Below are positions 1-10,133 of a stretch of DNA of 64,000 nt, in pieces. The DNA is from an uncultured Nitrospiraceae bacterium. Lineage in GTDB: Bacteria > Nitrospirota > Thermodesulfovibrionia > Thermodesulfovibrionales > SM23-35. Position 1 is the stretch's first letter. The number at the start of each line of letters is the position of its first letter. The notes beneath the pieces are model-generated. The model did no database searches, was not told the origin of the DNA, and saw nothing but the letters and a program-made list of their open reading frames with translations. The stretch spans positions 672,001-736,000 of the forward strand of contig CAVSHB010000002.1 in the NCBI GenBank assembly GCA_963727775.1, given 5' to 3'. The position numbers were made by a program, and so were the translations under genes.

Positions 1-202
1 TTGCATCCAGAAGTCTTTTTTCCATCTGGTTAAACGACATTTCAAGGGAAGCAATCCCATACTTCCCTTTGGCCTCTATCGTCTCTGAGAAATCTCTCAT
101 AGCAATCTTCTTCGTTGAAAGTTTTATGTTTATGATCGTTCCTAATACTATTATTGTAAGCAGTCCAGATAGAAGCAGTTTAGCAGCCCTCTTAAGTGTC
201 AT
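1..202 (-). pseudogene. Possible degenerate HAMP-domain sensor fragment, runs off the window edge
   Basis: Minus strand reads MTLKRAAKLLLSGLLTIIVLGTIINIKLSTKKIAMRDFSETIEAK and then, in another frame, SLEMSFNQMEKRLLDA (HAMP-like FNQM). Confidence 0.3.
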
Positions 203-210
203 TTACTATA

Positions 211-263
211 CATGGCAAAGTGATGCGTGTTATCTTTTACTTTGTTACGCATCACTTGCCATG
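211..263. repeat. 17-bp inverted repeat (hairpin) just downstream of the usp stop
   Basis: CATGGCAA(A)GTGATGCGT ... ACGCATCACTTGCCATG, one bulged base. Confidence 0.6.
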
Positions 264-272
264 GTTTGACTC

Positions 273-1130
273 TTATGCCCTGGAGACAAGGACGGGACAA
301 TGCGCATATCCGATTATCTTTTCGGCCACACTTCCAATGAGAAGTCTCCTTAGTCCTGTTCTGCCATGAGATCCCATCACAATGATATTGATATTGCGTT
401 CCTTCGCAAACTCAGTTATTTTCCGGTAGGCCTCTTCACCTTCCAATACGAAAGTCTCTGTTTTCAGCCCAGCGGAGTCAGCCTGGCTTTTCACCTCCCC
501 AACATATATCTTTGCTTTCCTGATCATATCTTCTACGGCCGCAGGAGACACGCCATAAAGTTCAGCGGGGGCATCAACAACCGCCACAGCAGTTAATTCA
601 CTACCGTACACTTTTGCAAAATTGATCGCCCTTTCAGCAGCAGCCTTGCTGTACTTTGAACCATCTGTCGTCACGAGAATCCTTTGCCAGCCAATTTCTG
701 ACTTCGCTGGAATAACAAGTACATCCCTCTGGCTGTGGCCTATGACCCTTGCAGCCACACTTCCGATCAGAACCCTCTCGAGACCCGACACTCCCTTCGT
801 TCCCATCAAGATTAAATTACAGTTTTCCGCCTCTGCGACGTCGATAATCCGTTCATACGGTTCGCCTTCTTCACATACTGTTCTAATCGACACACCTAAT
901 GATCTCGCCATTTCGTTTGCTTTTGAAAGAGCTATCTCGCAAGGATTTTTCAAAGCTGCCTTTATATTTCCTACCCCGACCAGACTCAGATCTCCTTCAT
1001 ATCGCGGGGAAACCGAAACCACAGTTATCCGGCTCCCCTCTTTAGAGGCCAGCTTAAAGGACTCCTGCAGTGCATGCATGCTCGAATCAGAGCCGTCAAT
1101 AGCGACAAGTATTTTTCTATATAGTCCCAT
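273..1130 (-). CDS. Universal stress protein, tandem USP domains
   Basis: Two copies of ILV(A/T)xDGS...MG(T/S)xG...LIGSVA motifs. Confidence 0.95.
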   Translation of the reverse strand: MGLYRKILVAIDGSDSSMHALQESFKLASKEGSRITVVSVSPRYEGDLSLVGVGNIKAALKNPCEIALSKANEMARSLGVSIRTVCEEGEPYERIIDVAEAENCNLILMGTKGVSGLERVLIGSVAARVIGHSQRDVLVIPAKSEIGWQRILVTTDGSKYSKAAAERAINFAKVYGSELTAVAVVDAPAELYGVSPAAVEDMIRKAKIYVGEVKSQADSAGLKTETFVLEGEEAYRKITEFAKERNINIIVMGSHGRTGLRRLLIGSVAEKIIGYAHCPVLVSRA

Positions 1131-1141
1131 TTTTCTCCTTC

Positions 1142-2227
1142 CTAAATGCGTTCCAATGATTTTTGTTGGGCCAGCTCACGTTCCGCCCGGCGTCCCTGCC
1201 ACATACCTCGAAGGATGATAAAGGCTCCGAGGAGAAGGGCAAATACCATTATCGCGAAACTCGAGTTTTTCAGTACCTTAACGGTAGTTTCATTCATTAC
1301 ATGTATCACCTTCAACTGCCCAAGGTATACGGGTATCATCAACGCCCTGCTGAAAAGAACGGTAACCATGATAGCACCCATGACGAACTTGATCATAAAC
1401 GGCTTAACATAGGTTGTACCCATGGCTCCCAGCTGAATACCAAAGAGAGAACCTGCCAGAATAATCGCGGTTAAACGAAAATCAACCAATCCGTGCAATG
1501 CATACTTGAATGAACCGCCCAGTCCCATGACAAATGCCACGACTAGTTCTGTAGCCGAACCCATAAGACTTGGAGCTCCAAGCACATAGATTAACGAAGG
1601 GACCCCGATAAAACCTCCGACAGCAATGGTAGCAGCGGACATGCCGGTTAGAAAGGCAAGCGGTATGATAAACAGGACCGATACCTTCGCCTTAAGGCTT
1701 TTGAAATACACCATTGTTCCCGGTATATTGACGGACTGGACCCATCTGGCTATTTTTGATACCTTCTCTTCTTCATCCGATTTGCCAGATCTGTAAGTCT
1801 TCACCGCATCCCGCAGAACGAAACCACCTACAATTGCGAGTATCACAACAAATGAACCACTCACATAAAGGTTGGAACCGGCGTCACCAAATTCCTTCTT
1901 TATGTGCTCCTGGATATTGGCACCGTAAAATACACCCGCCTCAGCAAAGATACCGAAGATAACACCCAATTTGACATCCACCTGGCCGTACTTTGCACGC
2001 TTGATGGCGCCAACGAGCGCCTTCGGAAACTTATGGCACATATTGCTTGCAACTGCCACAAGTCCCGGCACACCTATGCTCATCATCCCGGGAGTAAGTA
2101 CAAAGGCGCCGCCGGAACCGATGAATCCGCTCACCAGCCCGCCGATGAAACCGACAATAAAAAGATACAATATATTCGCGTAACTCAGATCTATAAACTT
2201 TACTACTTCATGGACTACATCTTGCAT
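1142..2227 (-). CDS. TauE/SafE (TSUP) family permease
   Basis: GFIGGLVSGFIGSGGAFVLTP motif and multiple hydrophobic segments. Confidence 0.9.
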   Translation of the reverse strand: MQDVVHEVVKFIDLSYANILYLFIVGFIGGLVSGFIGSGGAFVLTPGMMSIGVPGLVAVASNMCHKFPKALVGAIKRAKYGQVDVKLGVIFGIFAEAGVFYGANIQEHIKKEFGDAGSNLYVSGSFVVILAIVGGFVLRDAVKTYRSGKSDEEEKVSKIARWVQSVNIPGTMVYFKSLKAKVSVLFIIPLAFLTGMSAATIAVGGFIGVPSLIYVLGAPSLMGSATELVVAFVMGLGGSFKYALHGLVDFRLTAIILAGSLFGIQLGAMGTTYVKPFMIKFVMGAIMVTVLFSRALMIPVYLGQLKVIHVMNETTVKVLKNSSFAIMVFALLLGAFIILRGMWQGRRAERELAQQKSLERI

Positions 2228-2282
2228 TCTGATCCCTCCTTTTCCCTATGATTTCGTTTCTACAATCCTGTTCTCATGAGGG

Positions 2283-2591
2283 TTACGATTGCGGATGCTC
2301 TCTTCTCTCGGGACGTTCATCCTCTATTCTCGGTATCACCACAGCACTTTTCCTTGCTTCGATGCCTAAAACAGTCCAGAAATAACCGGTGAAATGACCA
2401 TGAACGTAAGATATAGCAAAGGCTCCTGCAATCGGCAGCAAAGCATACATTGCGCCTCTTGTGAAATATGCCGTAATGAAACCTTGGTATGAGAGGGTCG
2501 CTCCAAAGATGATTGCCGAACAAATCCCAAAAAGCACCATTTTCCCTACCGGCTTTTTTGTTGATTTTCTATAATCTGCAGCCATAATCAT
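2283..2591 (-). CDS. Small membrane protein, TauE-cluster associated
   Basis: Two hydrophobic segments, SYVHGHFTGYFW motif, RBS AAGGAGG upstream. Confidence 0.75.
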   Translation of the reverse strand: MIMAADYRKSTKKPVGKMVLFGICSAIIFGATLSYQGFITAYFTRGAMYALLPIAGAFAISYVHGHFTGYFWTVLGIEARKSAVVIPRIEDERPERREHPQS

Positions 2592-2617
2592 CCTCCTTAT
2601 GCAATAAATTTATTTCT

Positions 2618-3097
2618 TCATGCTTTCGACTGTTTTGAAACCAGCACCAAAGGACAATTGAGTCTATCCCATTTCTTCAATGTTTCCGGTTCATCACTCA
2701 CGGAATCATTCACCAAATCCTGTGAATCAATAACAACAAACTGGATACCTTTTTCTTTTTCTATAAACCTGATGATCTCCTCTTTCATTGTTTCTTTGCA
2801 CCGTATCACCTGATACTCTATCCCTTTTGTTTGCAGTTCCTTCAGCTCTTCTTCCAGAAATGTTATGTCATCCTTGTTTTTTGTGATATACAGGATTTCG
2901 ATCCCTACCCTGATGCGTTTACAGATATATAAAGCGTATCTTGCCGCTTTCATATCTGTTTCCTCACCAGTTAAAACAAGTAATACCTTGCGCCTTTCAT
3001 TGATAATCTTTTTTGTAGCATCAAATTCCTCTGCCTCTGCATAGGCAGCTGCAGACATTATTCCTTCAAATTGTTTTACTAACTCTTTTATATGCAT
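2618..3097 (-). CDS. Hypothetical USP-like protein with N-terminal AAAYAEAEEFD motif
   Basis: 159-aa ORF in operon; KVLLVLTG...AARYAL USP-like pattern. Confidence 0.75.
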   Translation of the reverse strand: MHIKELVKQFEGIMSAAAYAEAEEFDATKKIINERRKVLLVLTGEETDMKAARYALYICKRIRVGIEILYITKNKDDITFLEEELKELQTKGIEYQVIRCKETMKEEIIRFIEKEKGIQFVVIDSQDLVNDSVSDEPETLKKWDRLNCPLVLVSKQSKA

Positions 3098-3261
3098 GCC
3101 TTCAAAAATCCTCTCGATGCTGTTGTCTTTAAAGATGTTAGAAATGGATGAACAATTCTCCTATGTGACAAGATTGAAAACATTATTGATAAGGTACTGA
3201 TAAAATAATTCTGCTTCATTATCTGATCAGTGCCTCATCAATAAATAACTGCATCCTGCAA

Positions 3262-3441
3262 TTACCTTTCTATCCCAGATGCCCGTAATTCTTTTCTGGG
3301 CCTGCTGCTTGGGGTTATTCTGTCCACTTTCTGCGGTTTCTTGTCTTCTCTCAGAATCTCCCTTGCTATCTCAAACTCCCCAGCCTCTGCAAATGTGGCT
3401 GCTACAAACACGCTCTCTAATCTTTTCATTAACCCTTTCAT
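3262..3441 (-). CDS. 59-aa small protein MKGLMKRLESVFVAATFAEAGEFEIAREILRE..., absent from the ORF track
   Basis: Strong RBS AAAGGAGG; shares AxxxAEAxEF motif with the 2618-3097 product. Confidence 0.8.
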   Translation of the reverse strand: MKGLMKRLESVFVAATFAEAGEFEIAREILREDKKPQKVDRITPSSRPRKELRASGIER

Positions 3442-3475
3442 GTTATTTACGCCTCCTTTCTTTTATCTTTGTAGT

Positions 3476-3491
3476 ATCAACTTTCATGCCA
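3476..3491 (-). promoter_or_regulatory. Putative sigma-54 promoter for the small-protein/tauE/usp operon
   Basis: TGGCAT-GAAAG-TTGAT, close to TGGCAC-N5-TTGC; upstream TGCA-containing motifs at ~3553-3680. Confidence 0.45.
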
Positions 3492-3902
3492 TGTGAAGTT
3501 ATCCTTATAAATAAAGATGTTATGAGATATTTATCATAACCTTGGAAAGCGTGAAATGCTTCATAATGCAACATAAATGATTATATGCCTTCCTGAATGT
3601 CTTTATCCTTGGTGGGGACTGCATCGAGCCTATTTTACATTTGCGTTGCAAATAAAAGGCGCCTGTTTCTTTTTGCAATATATTTTGATTATTGTTCTGA
3701 GCTCATAATTCAAACGGATATATTGAGGGTTATTGCACAACTCCTCGAAAAGGTATAAAGTACCATCCGGCCATAATATAATATAACCACCATTTTAAAC
3801 CCTTTAACTTTCCTCTTAGGAGATCATTGTAGCAAATAATCTTGACAAGTACCATTCAAATATACTAATCTCGTTAGCAATCATAGTATAGAAAGAATAA
3901 TT

Positions 3903-5312
3903 ATGTCTACGGCGCAGATGAGAGCAAAGGTTGTAAGAGACAATACTGGCATTGCAGTCGAACTGCCATTATTAATGACCGATGGCGGACCGTTGCTTTC
4001 TCTCATTGATTATTTAGTCCACTATACCTACGCGCGTAGTGCTTCATGGCAACAAAAAGTTGTATGTGCGGTGGGGCTGCTGATGGACTATATCATAGCT
4101 AACTACAATTGTTTTGCAGATCCCAAAGAACTCTTCAACACGTTTGTTCAACGGCTCCACTCTGGAACGATCGGCGAGGACGGAACTGATCCGAGCGGTT
4201 TATATTGGCTGCCGAGAGATGAGGGCTTAGTTAGGCAATACCTAACTCATATATCTGGGTTCTCTGATTGGCTTGCCGCCAGAAACAACGATATGAAACC
4301 ACTCAATCCATGGCGCAGGGCTAGGACTTGTGAAGAGATGCTGAACTGGGCTGCTTATAACCACCGCCACAACAAGGCCTTTCTTGGACATACTTGGGAT
4401 TTAGTCAAAGCCTCAGAAACAGCCAAGAGAGCACGCAATACCTTGATGATGCGATCACCGAAAATTGAGCATGCTGGCGTAAAATACTTCCCAGATGATC
4501 GATTTGAGGACTTGATATTTAAGGGCTTTATGGTTTACGGCAAAGAAAAGAGCCCGAGACTCGAAGAGCGCTTGAATCTTCGTGACATACTGATTACAAT
4601 TCTGCTTCATTGGGGTGGTCTGAGGATGAGCGAGCCATTTCATCTATTCGTGCATGATGTGTTGCCGGACCCTCACGATCCCGAAAGTGCGCTAGTCCGG
4701 ATATTTCATCCCTCTGATGGTTTAGCCCCTCCTGATTGGCTCGATGCAAAGGCTAATCCAATAAAGTGTAAACGGGGCGCATACTTAAGAGGCAAATACC
4801 AGATGCTGCCTCGCAATGAATATCTAAAGACTGATGGACGGCACGCGGGATGGAAAGATTCATTGCTTGAGAACAAGCAAAAATTCATGTATGTGCATTG
4901 GTTCCCTAGCTGGGGCGGTAGAATATTTAAGAAATTCTGGGATCTGTATCTTGTCCAACGCGCCGCGCTTAACTGTTATCATCCGTATGCATTTGCATCT
5001 AAAACCGGTGGAATATGTATGATACACCCTTATGCAATAGCTCATGACCGGGCTATAAGACGCATTGGAATGGTTTCCGCGAAGATGAACGGAACCACAC
5101 CGCATGGACATCGCCATGCATTCGGACGACGCATGGTTGCTGCGAATATCGATCCGACCATACGAAAGGCAGCTCTGCATCACAAGTCCCTTGAGTCTCA
5201 GGGAATCTATACTGAGCCTACGGTGCAGAAGGTAACAGCCACTCTGACAGCGGCATCTAAGGCTTTGGGAAAAAAGGCTCCTGAGTTTATGCACTGGATG
5301 ACGGAATTTTAA
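3903..5312 (+). CDS. gmtY: Gamma-mobile-trio tyrosine recombinase GmtY
   Basis: N-terminal VVRDNTGIAVELP, DPSGLYWLP; catalytic GLRMSE, HGHRH, HHKS, GIYT. Confidence 0.9.
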   Translation: MSTAQMRAKVVRDNTGIAVELPLLMTDGGPLLSLIDYLVHYTYARSASWQQKVVCAVGLLMDYIIANYNCFADPKELFNTFVQRLHSGTIGEDGTDPSGLYWLPRDEGLVRQYLTHISGFSDWLAARNNDMKPLNPWRRARTCEEMLNWAAYNHRHNKAFLGHTWDLVKASETAKRARNTLMMRSPKIEHAGVKYFPDDRFEDLIFKGFMVYGKEKSPRLEERLNLRDILITILLHWGGLRMSEPFHLFVHDVLPDPHDPESALVRIFHPSDGLAPPDWLDAKANPIKCKRGAYLRGKYQMLPRNEYLKTDGRHAGWKDSLLENKQKFMYVHWFPSWGGRIFKKFWDLYLVQRAALNCYHPYAFASKTGGICMIHPYAIAHDRAIRRIGMVSAKMNGTTPHGHRHAFGRRMVAANIDPTIRKAALHHKSLESQGIYTEPTVQKVTATLTAASKALGKKAPEFMHWMTEF

Positions 5313-5343
5313 CGGCAGGCGTGGCCAAAAGAAGGAGGGATTC

Positions 5344-7905
5344 TTGGGAAGAAAAAGAAGAAACATTTTTTATAATATGAGGAACGACTTAGAATTCAAT
5401 TACCTCATCAAAGTCAACCCTCAGCTTAATCAATGGCGATCACTTGCAGTTGAGTGGTTTAAAGATCAGAAGCGTAGTAGGGCAGTTCGGCAGCAAGCAT
5501 TGAATAGATTCCTACTCGATTATATTCATGACTTGGAGCTGGAGATGAATCCTTACTCCTTTCTCCATAAAAGTTATGCATCTCCCTCTTTTTGGAATAT
5601 TCTCGGGTATAAATCTAATACGGCTGTTGCGTTAAATAACTACATAGTCGAATTTCTCGATTGGGTGCTTCAGGAAAAGTTGTCTATCGAGGATGATTTC
5701 GGAACTAGAATCATCCCCAATGAATATAGGAACTCGATAACCAAGCGATTAAGAGAAGGGAGTCTCAATAATGGCGAGACGTTTCGCTCACCGCTTCCTT
5801 TTCGCTACATAAGAGAGCTGCGCAGCATGCTGTGCCAAGGACCTAATTTCAGTGACTGGAAGTGGGCCCATAGTGCCGTTGATCAAGATTGGTTTGAGGT
5901 CGACTGTTCGATAGTAGACGAGACTGATGCGGACTGTCTATGGCGCAAAAGGACAGTCCCCATGTATAACTATGACCGCCGTATTATCGGGTATAGAGAG
6001 ATCTTTGAAATTTGGAGCCCCGTCCGCGCAGTGGCTCTATATGTCAAGCTGATGCTACCGCTTCGAACCCATCAAGTTCGGATGCTTGACAGTGGAGAGG
6101 CGGATACTTGGCGCTATGTCAGGGGCAGATGGGTTCTAAATAGCGGTCATCTTGCCACTGGAAGCGAAAAGCGTCCATATATGCGGGGGGTTTTTCATCG
6201 AACCATGGAAAACGGCAAGCCTATGACGGGATTTTTCATAAACACCAACAAGACGGCCGATATCAATAAGCACGAAAAAGATAAGGGATATGTTATCCCC
6301 TGGCAGATGGAGGAATTACTCTCTGTGCTTGAGAAGCTCCGCGATTGGCAGTCCAAATATAATCCACTCAGCCATCCAACAAACTGGGTGGATCTCAAGC
6401 CAAAGCACGATGAAGGACTTACTCACAAAAATATATTAGGGCTTCGCGGCACGGCATGTTTTCTTTTTCGAATGGCCGCTGCCAGATATGCTGAAGATAG
6501 AATATTACCCATGTGTGACAACTTACTAGACACAATATGGTACAAGCTCCTATTGGAACTTGAAACTCGATGTAAAGCACGCGGAGAGACAATTGATGAT
6601 GACTCAAAAATCAGGCTTGTATATGACAAGCCTGATGCGAGAGAAGGAAAAGATTTTACAACTACCCATTATCCTCTGCACAGTCTCCGCGTAAGCTTGA
6701 TTACTGCATTTGCCTTAGAAGGCGGCGTCCCGTTTCCTATTCTTTCGAAGCTAATTGCTGGGCATTCAAGGTTACTCATGACACTTTATTATACAAAGGC
6801 CGGAAAAGCTCATGTAACTGAAGTTATGAGCGAGGCAGAAAAAGCGTTGCTCGAAACTGACAAAGAAAGCTACAGGCGATTTCTGCAAAACGCGACATAC
6901 GAACAGCTAGAGGCACGGTTCGCCGCTAATGATCCCGCAGCTTTTTGGGCTGTCTCGCAGCAGAAAACATTCTCTTCGGTGGTTTTCGAAGATAAAGGCA
7001 TCTGTCCGATGGGTTGCGGAGCTTGTGATATCGGAGGCGACGCTATGAGAAAAACGAGTAACAACAAGACACTCTACGCGCCTGTCGCGGGCTACCCCGC
7101 TGAGAAGAACTGTGTGCGCTGCCGTTTTTTTCTAAGTGGCCCTGCCTTTCTACCTGGGCTCATTGCTCACTTCAATAATATAAGCTATCAACTCACAGAA
7201 TGCTCGAACCGCTATGTTATGTTTATGGATCAGGTTGAGAAGCTTGAGGAATTGCGTTTTACGCATGAAGCGAGGGGGCTGCCTTTTACAGCGAAACAAG
7301 AGTTGGAGAAAACAAGCAAGTTCTGCGAGCAAGAGGCACAGAAGGCTGACAAATTCATCTACGACCTTCGCGCAACTCTAAGACTCATTGATCGGTGCAT
7401 TGAGATACTAAAGTCCCCACAGGCTGTGGGCGTAAAACTTGTACCGGTGGGCACGATTTCTGACATTCAGTATGCTCTCAAGGAAATCGGATCCGAGATG
7501 CACCAGCTGGAGGTGATCTGTGAAAACGCAGTCTTATACGTCGAAGCCGATGCGTCCAAGGCGATACTCCGGCGGTCGCAAATACTTGATACAATGCTGA
7601 GAATAAATGGCAAGAGCCCTCTGCTTCTCACCCTGAGACCCGAACAACAACTTTATGTTGGCAATCATCTCATGCAAATCATCAAAGATAGGGTCGGCAA
7701 TCTGCCGGCCGCTGTTGAGGTGGCGGAAGGCAAGGTGCTGCTTTCGGAGATCGGTATACTGGATACTGTATGTGATCTCATCGAAAGTGAGAGTCGTGTT
7801 CATGTTGTGTCCATGAATACCATCACAATTGACACGGCATCACCTGTACGCCAAATCGAAAATAAGGGAGGAGGCGACGTGTATGACGCCGGACGAACTA
7901 CTTGA
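5344..7905 (+). CDS. gmtZ: Gamma-mobile-trio integrase GmtZ (VPA1269 family)
   Basis: PLRTHQVRMLDSGEAD, INTNKTAD, HSLRVSLIT, GHSRLLMTLYY, NCVRCRFF; TTG start with RBS AGGAGG. Confidence 0.9.
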   Translation: MGRKRRNIFYNMRNDLEFNYLIKVNPQLNQWRSLAVEWFKDQKRSRAVRQQALNRFLLDYIHDLELEMNPYSFLHKSYASPSFWNILGYKSNTAVALNNYIVEFLDWVLQEKLSIEDDFGTRIIPNEYRNSITKRLREGSLNNGETFRSPLPFRYIRELRSMLCQGPNFSDWKWAHSAVDQDWFEVDCSIVDETDADCLWRKRTVPMYNYDRRIIGYREIFEIWSPVRAVALYVKLMLPLRTHQVRMLDSGEADTWRYVRGRWVLNSGHLATGSEKRPYMRGVFHRTMENGKPMTGFFINTNKTADINKHEKDKGYVIPWQMEELLSVLEKLRDWQSKYNPLSHPTNWVDLKPKHDEGLTHKNILGLRGTACFLFRMAAARYAEDRILPMCDNLLDTIWYKLLLELETRCKARGETIDDDSKIRLVYDKPDAREGKDFTTTHYPLHSLRVSLITAFALEGGVPFPILSKLIAGHSRLLMTLYYTKAGKAHVTEVMSEAEKALLETDKESYRRFLQNATYEQLEARFAANDPAAFWAVSQQKTFSSVVFEDKGICPMGCGACDIGGDAMRKTSNNKTLYAPVAGYPAEKNCVRCRFFLSGPAFLPGLIAHFNNISYQLTECSNRYVMFMDQVEKLEELRFTHEARGLPFTAKQELEKTSKFCEQEAQKADKFIYDLRATLRLIDRCIEILKSPQAVGVKLVPVGTISDIQYALKEIGSEMHQLEVICENAVLYVEADASKAILRRSQILDTMLRINGKSPLLLTLRPEQQLYVGNHLMQIIKDRVGNLPAAVEVAEGKVLLSEIGILDTVCDLIESESRVHVVSMNTITIDTASPVRQIENKGGGDVYDAGRTT

Positions 7906-8524
7906 GCAGCTGAAAAAGGGCTCAGATGCGAGAAAGTGTCGTAACCTCGATTTGCTTTATGAAATCTGCCGTGAGCAGCATGAACGTGGCAGCAAAGATT
8001 TCTCTATAGGAACGATCGGTCGTATTTCACAGCAAAGAGGCGGCCCAGTCGCACAATCATTCAGGAATAAAGGCGGAAATCACCTGCGCGCGATTGTTGC
8101 GGCATGGGCGAACCACGCTGGGGGGATGCTCAAACGACCTCAGAAAGTGCTTGACACTCCTATGGAGTCAGTTTTGAGGAAGATAGAGGATCCCGCAGTC
8201 CGCGCGCTCATGGGGTCGATTATTGCGGAAAATACGAAACTCAAAGGGCAACTTAGTCTTGTCAAACGGAATGTAAATGTCGTTATCGATATGCGACCCG
8301 AACCGGTAAGTAAGCACACACAAGAGATTTTTTCACCCTCCGTAAAATTCACCGATAGTGAAAAAGAGGCATTGCGGCATGCCATTTCGGATGAACTGAT
8401 GCAATCGGAGGGCTGGACGACCGAACCTTCTGGCAGAGTGAGAAACGACAAAGGCAGGTCAATTTATAAGGCGGGATATGCGACAGCAATCAGTAAGGTA
8501 CTCCGACATTATAAAGGAGAGTGA
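7883..8524 (+). CDS. gmtX: Gamma-mobile-trio protein GmtX
   Basis: GSKDFSIGTIGRIS...GGP..QSFRNKGG, IEDPAVRA, KAGYATAISK; start moved to ATG 7883 after GGAGGAGG. Confidence 0.88.
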   Translation: MTPDELLEQLKKGSDARKCRNLDLLYEICREQHERGSKDFSIGTIGRISQQRGGPVAQSFRNKGGNHLRAIVAAWANHAGGMLKRPQKVLDTPMESVLRKIEDPAVRALMGSIIAENTKLKGQLSLVKRNVNVVIDMRPEPVSKHTQEIFSPSVKFTDSEKEALRHAISDELMQSEGWTTEPSGRVRNDKGRSIYKAGYATAISKVLRHYKGE

Positions 8525-8525
8525 G

Positions 8526-8852
8526 ATGAAGGAATGCGGTAAATGCGGGAAGAAATCAAAATTTGTGTGGGATGTGAAAGGAGGATCTTATTGCAAGCGG
8601 TGTCATCCGATTACGAATAGGGTTATTTCGCTCCTGGACAAAGATGCGGTTAACCGATCACGACTGCCAAGAAATCTTCAGGAATATTTTACCGGCAGAT
8701 TTGTAACTCCTGCTTTATATATTTCAGATGGCCCTGTCTGTACCCATTGTAAACAAGAAATTTCTTATTATACGTGGTACGATAACAACTTCCCTAGCAA
8801 GGCATATCGATACTGCACAAAATGCAAAAGGATATCACATAAACTTGATTAG
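8526..8852 (+). CDS. Small protein with four CxxC motifs (double zinc-finger-like)
   Basis: CGKC, CKRC, CTHC, CTKC; ATG 1 nt after the gmtX stop; RBS AAAGGAGAG. Confidence 0.7.
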   Translation: MKECGKCGKKSKFVWDVKGGSYCKRCHPITNRVISLLDKDAVNRSRLPRNLQEYFTGRFVTPALYISDGPVCTHCKQEISYYTWYDNNFPSKAYRYCTKCKRISHKLD

Positions 8853-9071
8853 GGGGCAAATATATTCCATGCCAGCTACAAGTGTGGCGTCTTTACGAGA
8901 GTGGCATATTATCCTCGAAATAAACATTCCGGGGATGTCGTCGCGGATTTTGCTTTTTACGTAATTCGCCTCCGAGACATTAGAGTCAGGACTTTTCTCT
9001 CGGTTTCACATTCTTCCTGAAATCAACGCCCCCAAGGCGTGATATAATTGTGTGGAGTATAACTGGAAAGA

Positions 9072-9635
9072 ATGCGAAATTTTCTCCTGATAAGTGTTTC
9101 GGTAATTAGTTTATTTATGCTCCTTGGCTCTATACCTTGGTTAAGGATTTATGTTAGAACGGGCATGAAAGGAGCACAGTTAAGAGGAGTCGGACAAATT
9201 GCTCTCTCGATCGGTTTCTGGGGGATATTTTTTTGGTTAATAAGGGATGATACTCTATCGCTACCTTTTGTCCTAATAGGGATAGTCGGAATAGTTATAT
9301 TTCAGGTGGGAAATAGTATTTGGTTTACGAAGGAACATGGGTTGTGGAAACAAATTTATGAAAAAAGCTCTATATGGGAAATAATGACTGGCAAAGTTGC
9401 AATTCTTAAATATGACAAGTTACCTCCTCCCGTTCTTAATAAGCGAACTGGGCTTATTATTGGAATTTTTATGATGACAGCCGGAAGTCTGATATCCGTA
9501 ATGTTTATTCTGACGAGCATTTCTTTTTTGAAGGGTCTTTTAGTATTCTCTATATCCGCATTCATTGTTGGTTTGCTTTTTGTTATTTTCTCGATTGCTT
9601 ATTTGGGCAACGAGGGAGAGAAGCCACTTGAATAG
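9072..9635 (+). CDS. Hypothetical membrane protein, about 5 TM segments (island cargo)
   Basis: 187-aa AT-rich ORF with several hydrophobic stretches. Confidence 0.7.
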   Translation: MRNFLLISVSVISLFMLLGSIPWLRIYVRTGMKGAQLRGVGQIALSIGFWGIFFWLIRDDTLSLPFVLIGIVGIVIFQVGNSIWFTKEHGLWKQIYEKSSIWEIMTGKVAILKYDKLPPPVLNKRTGLIIGIFMMTAGSLISVMFILTSISFLKGLLVFSISAFIVGLLFVIFSIAYLGNEGEKPLE

Positions 9636-10133
9636 AAAAAAGTATACATAAACTAAGAGGCGATTGGTTATCATTTCATTAACCGTTTCTTTTGGAAATA
9701 CAAACTTTTCAAGCGTATGCACCGGTGTCGAGTAGTAGGTGGAAGAAACGTTCTGAAATCTCACACAGCATTGTTCATTTTGGACAAAAGGCTCACCGTA
9801 TGAACGAAAAGGTTAGAACGATTATTTGAAAGGGAAATCGTTAAAAAGTGATGCTGCTCGCCTGAGTGAATCCGTTTCAATTGAGAGTTATCATCATATC
9901 ACCCACGGGAACTCCACAAGATTCAACCCATAGTGAGATTATTATATATAATCTATCCTAAGCTGTTATAACTCTTTGATATTTTGAAGACTTATGAGCT
10001 TCATTATATTTACTGGATTGTACTCGGTATATTCCAGAAATTCGATAACTCAGGGGTGGGATTAGCAAACGTAAAAAAACAACGCTAAGGGAGTGAGACT
10101 GAATTTACCTTTAAAATCTATGGGCTTATAATT

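Larger units (their letters stand above)
3700..10000. mobile_element. Gamma-mobile-trio (GMT) island
   Basis: gmtY-gmtZ-gmtX trio; imperfect terminal inverted repeats AGCTCATAA (3700-3708) and TTATGAGCT (9992-10000); interrupts a tauE/usp cluster. Confidence 0.7.

Noticed and set aside
3279..3539. 86-aa plus-strand ORF
   Set aside because: Antisense to the 59-aa minus-strand gene, which has a strong RBS and a shared motif.
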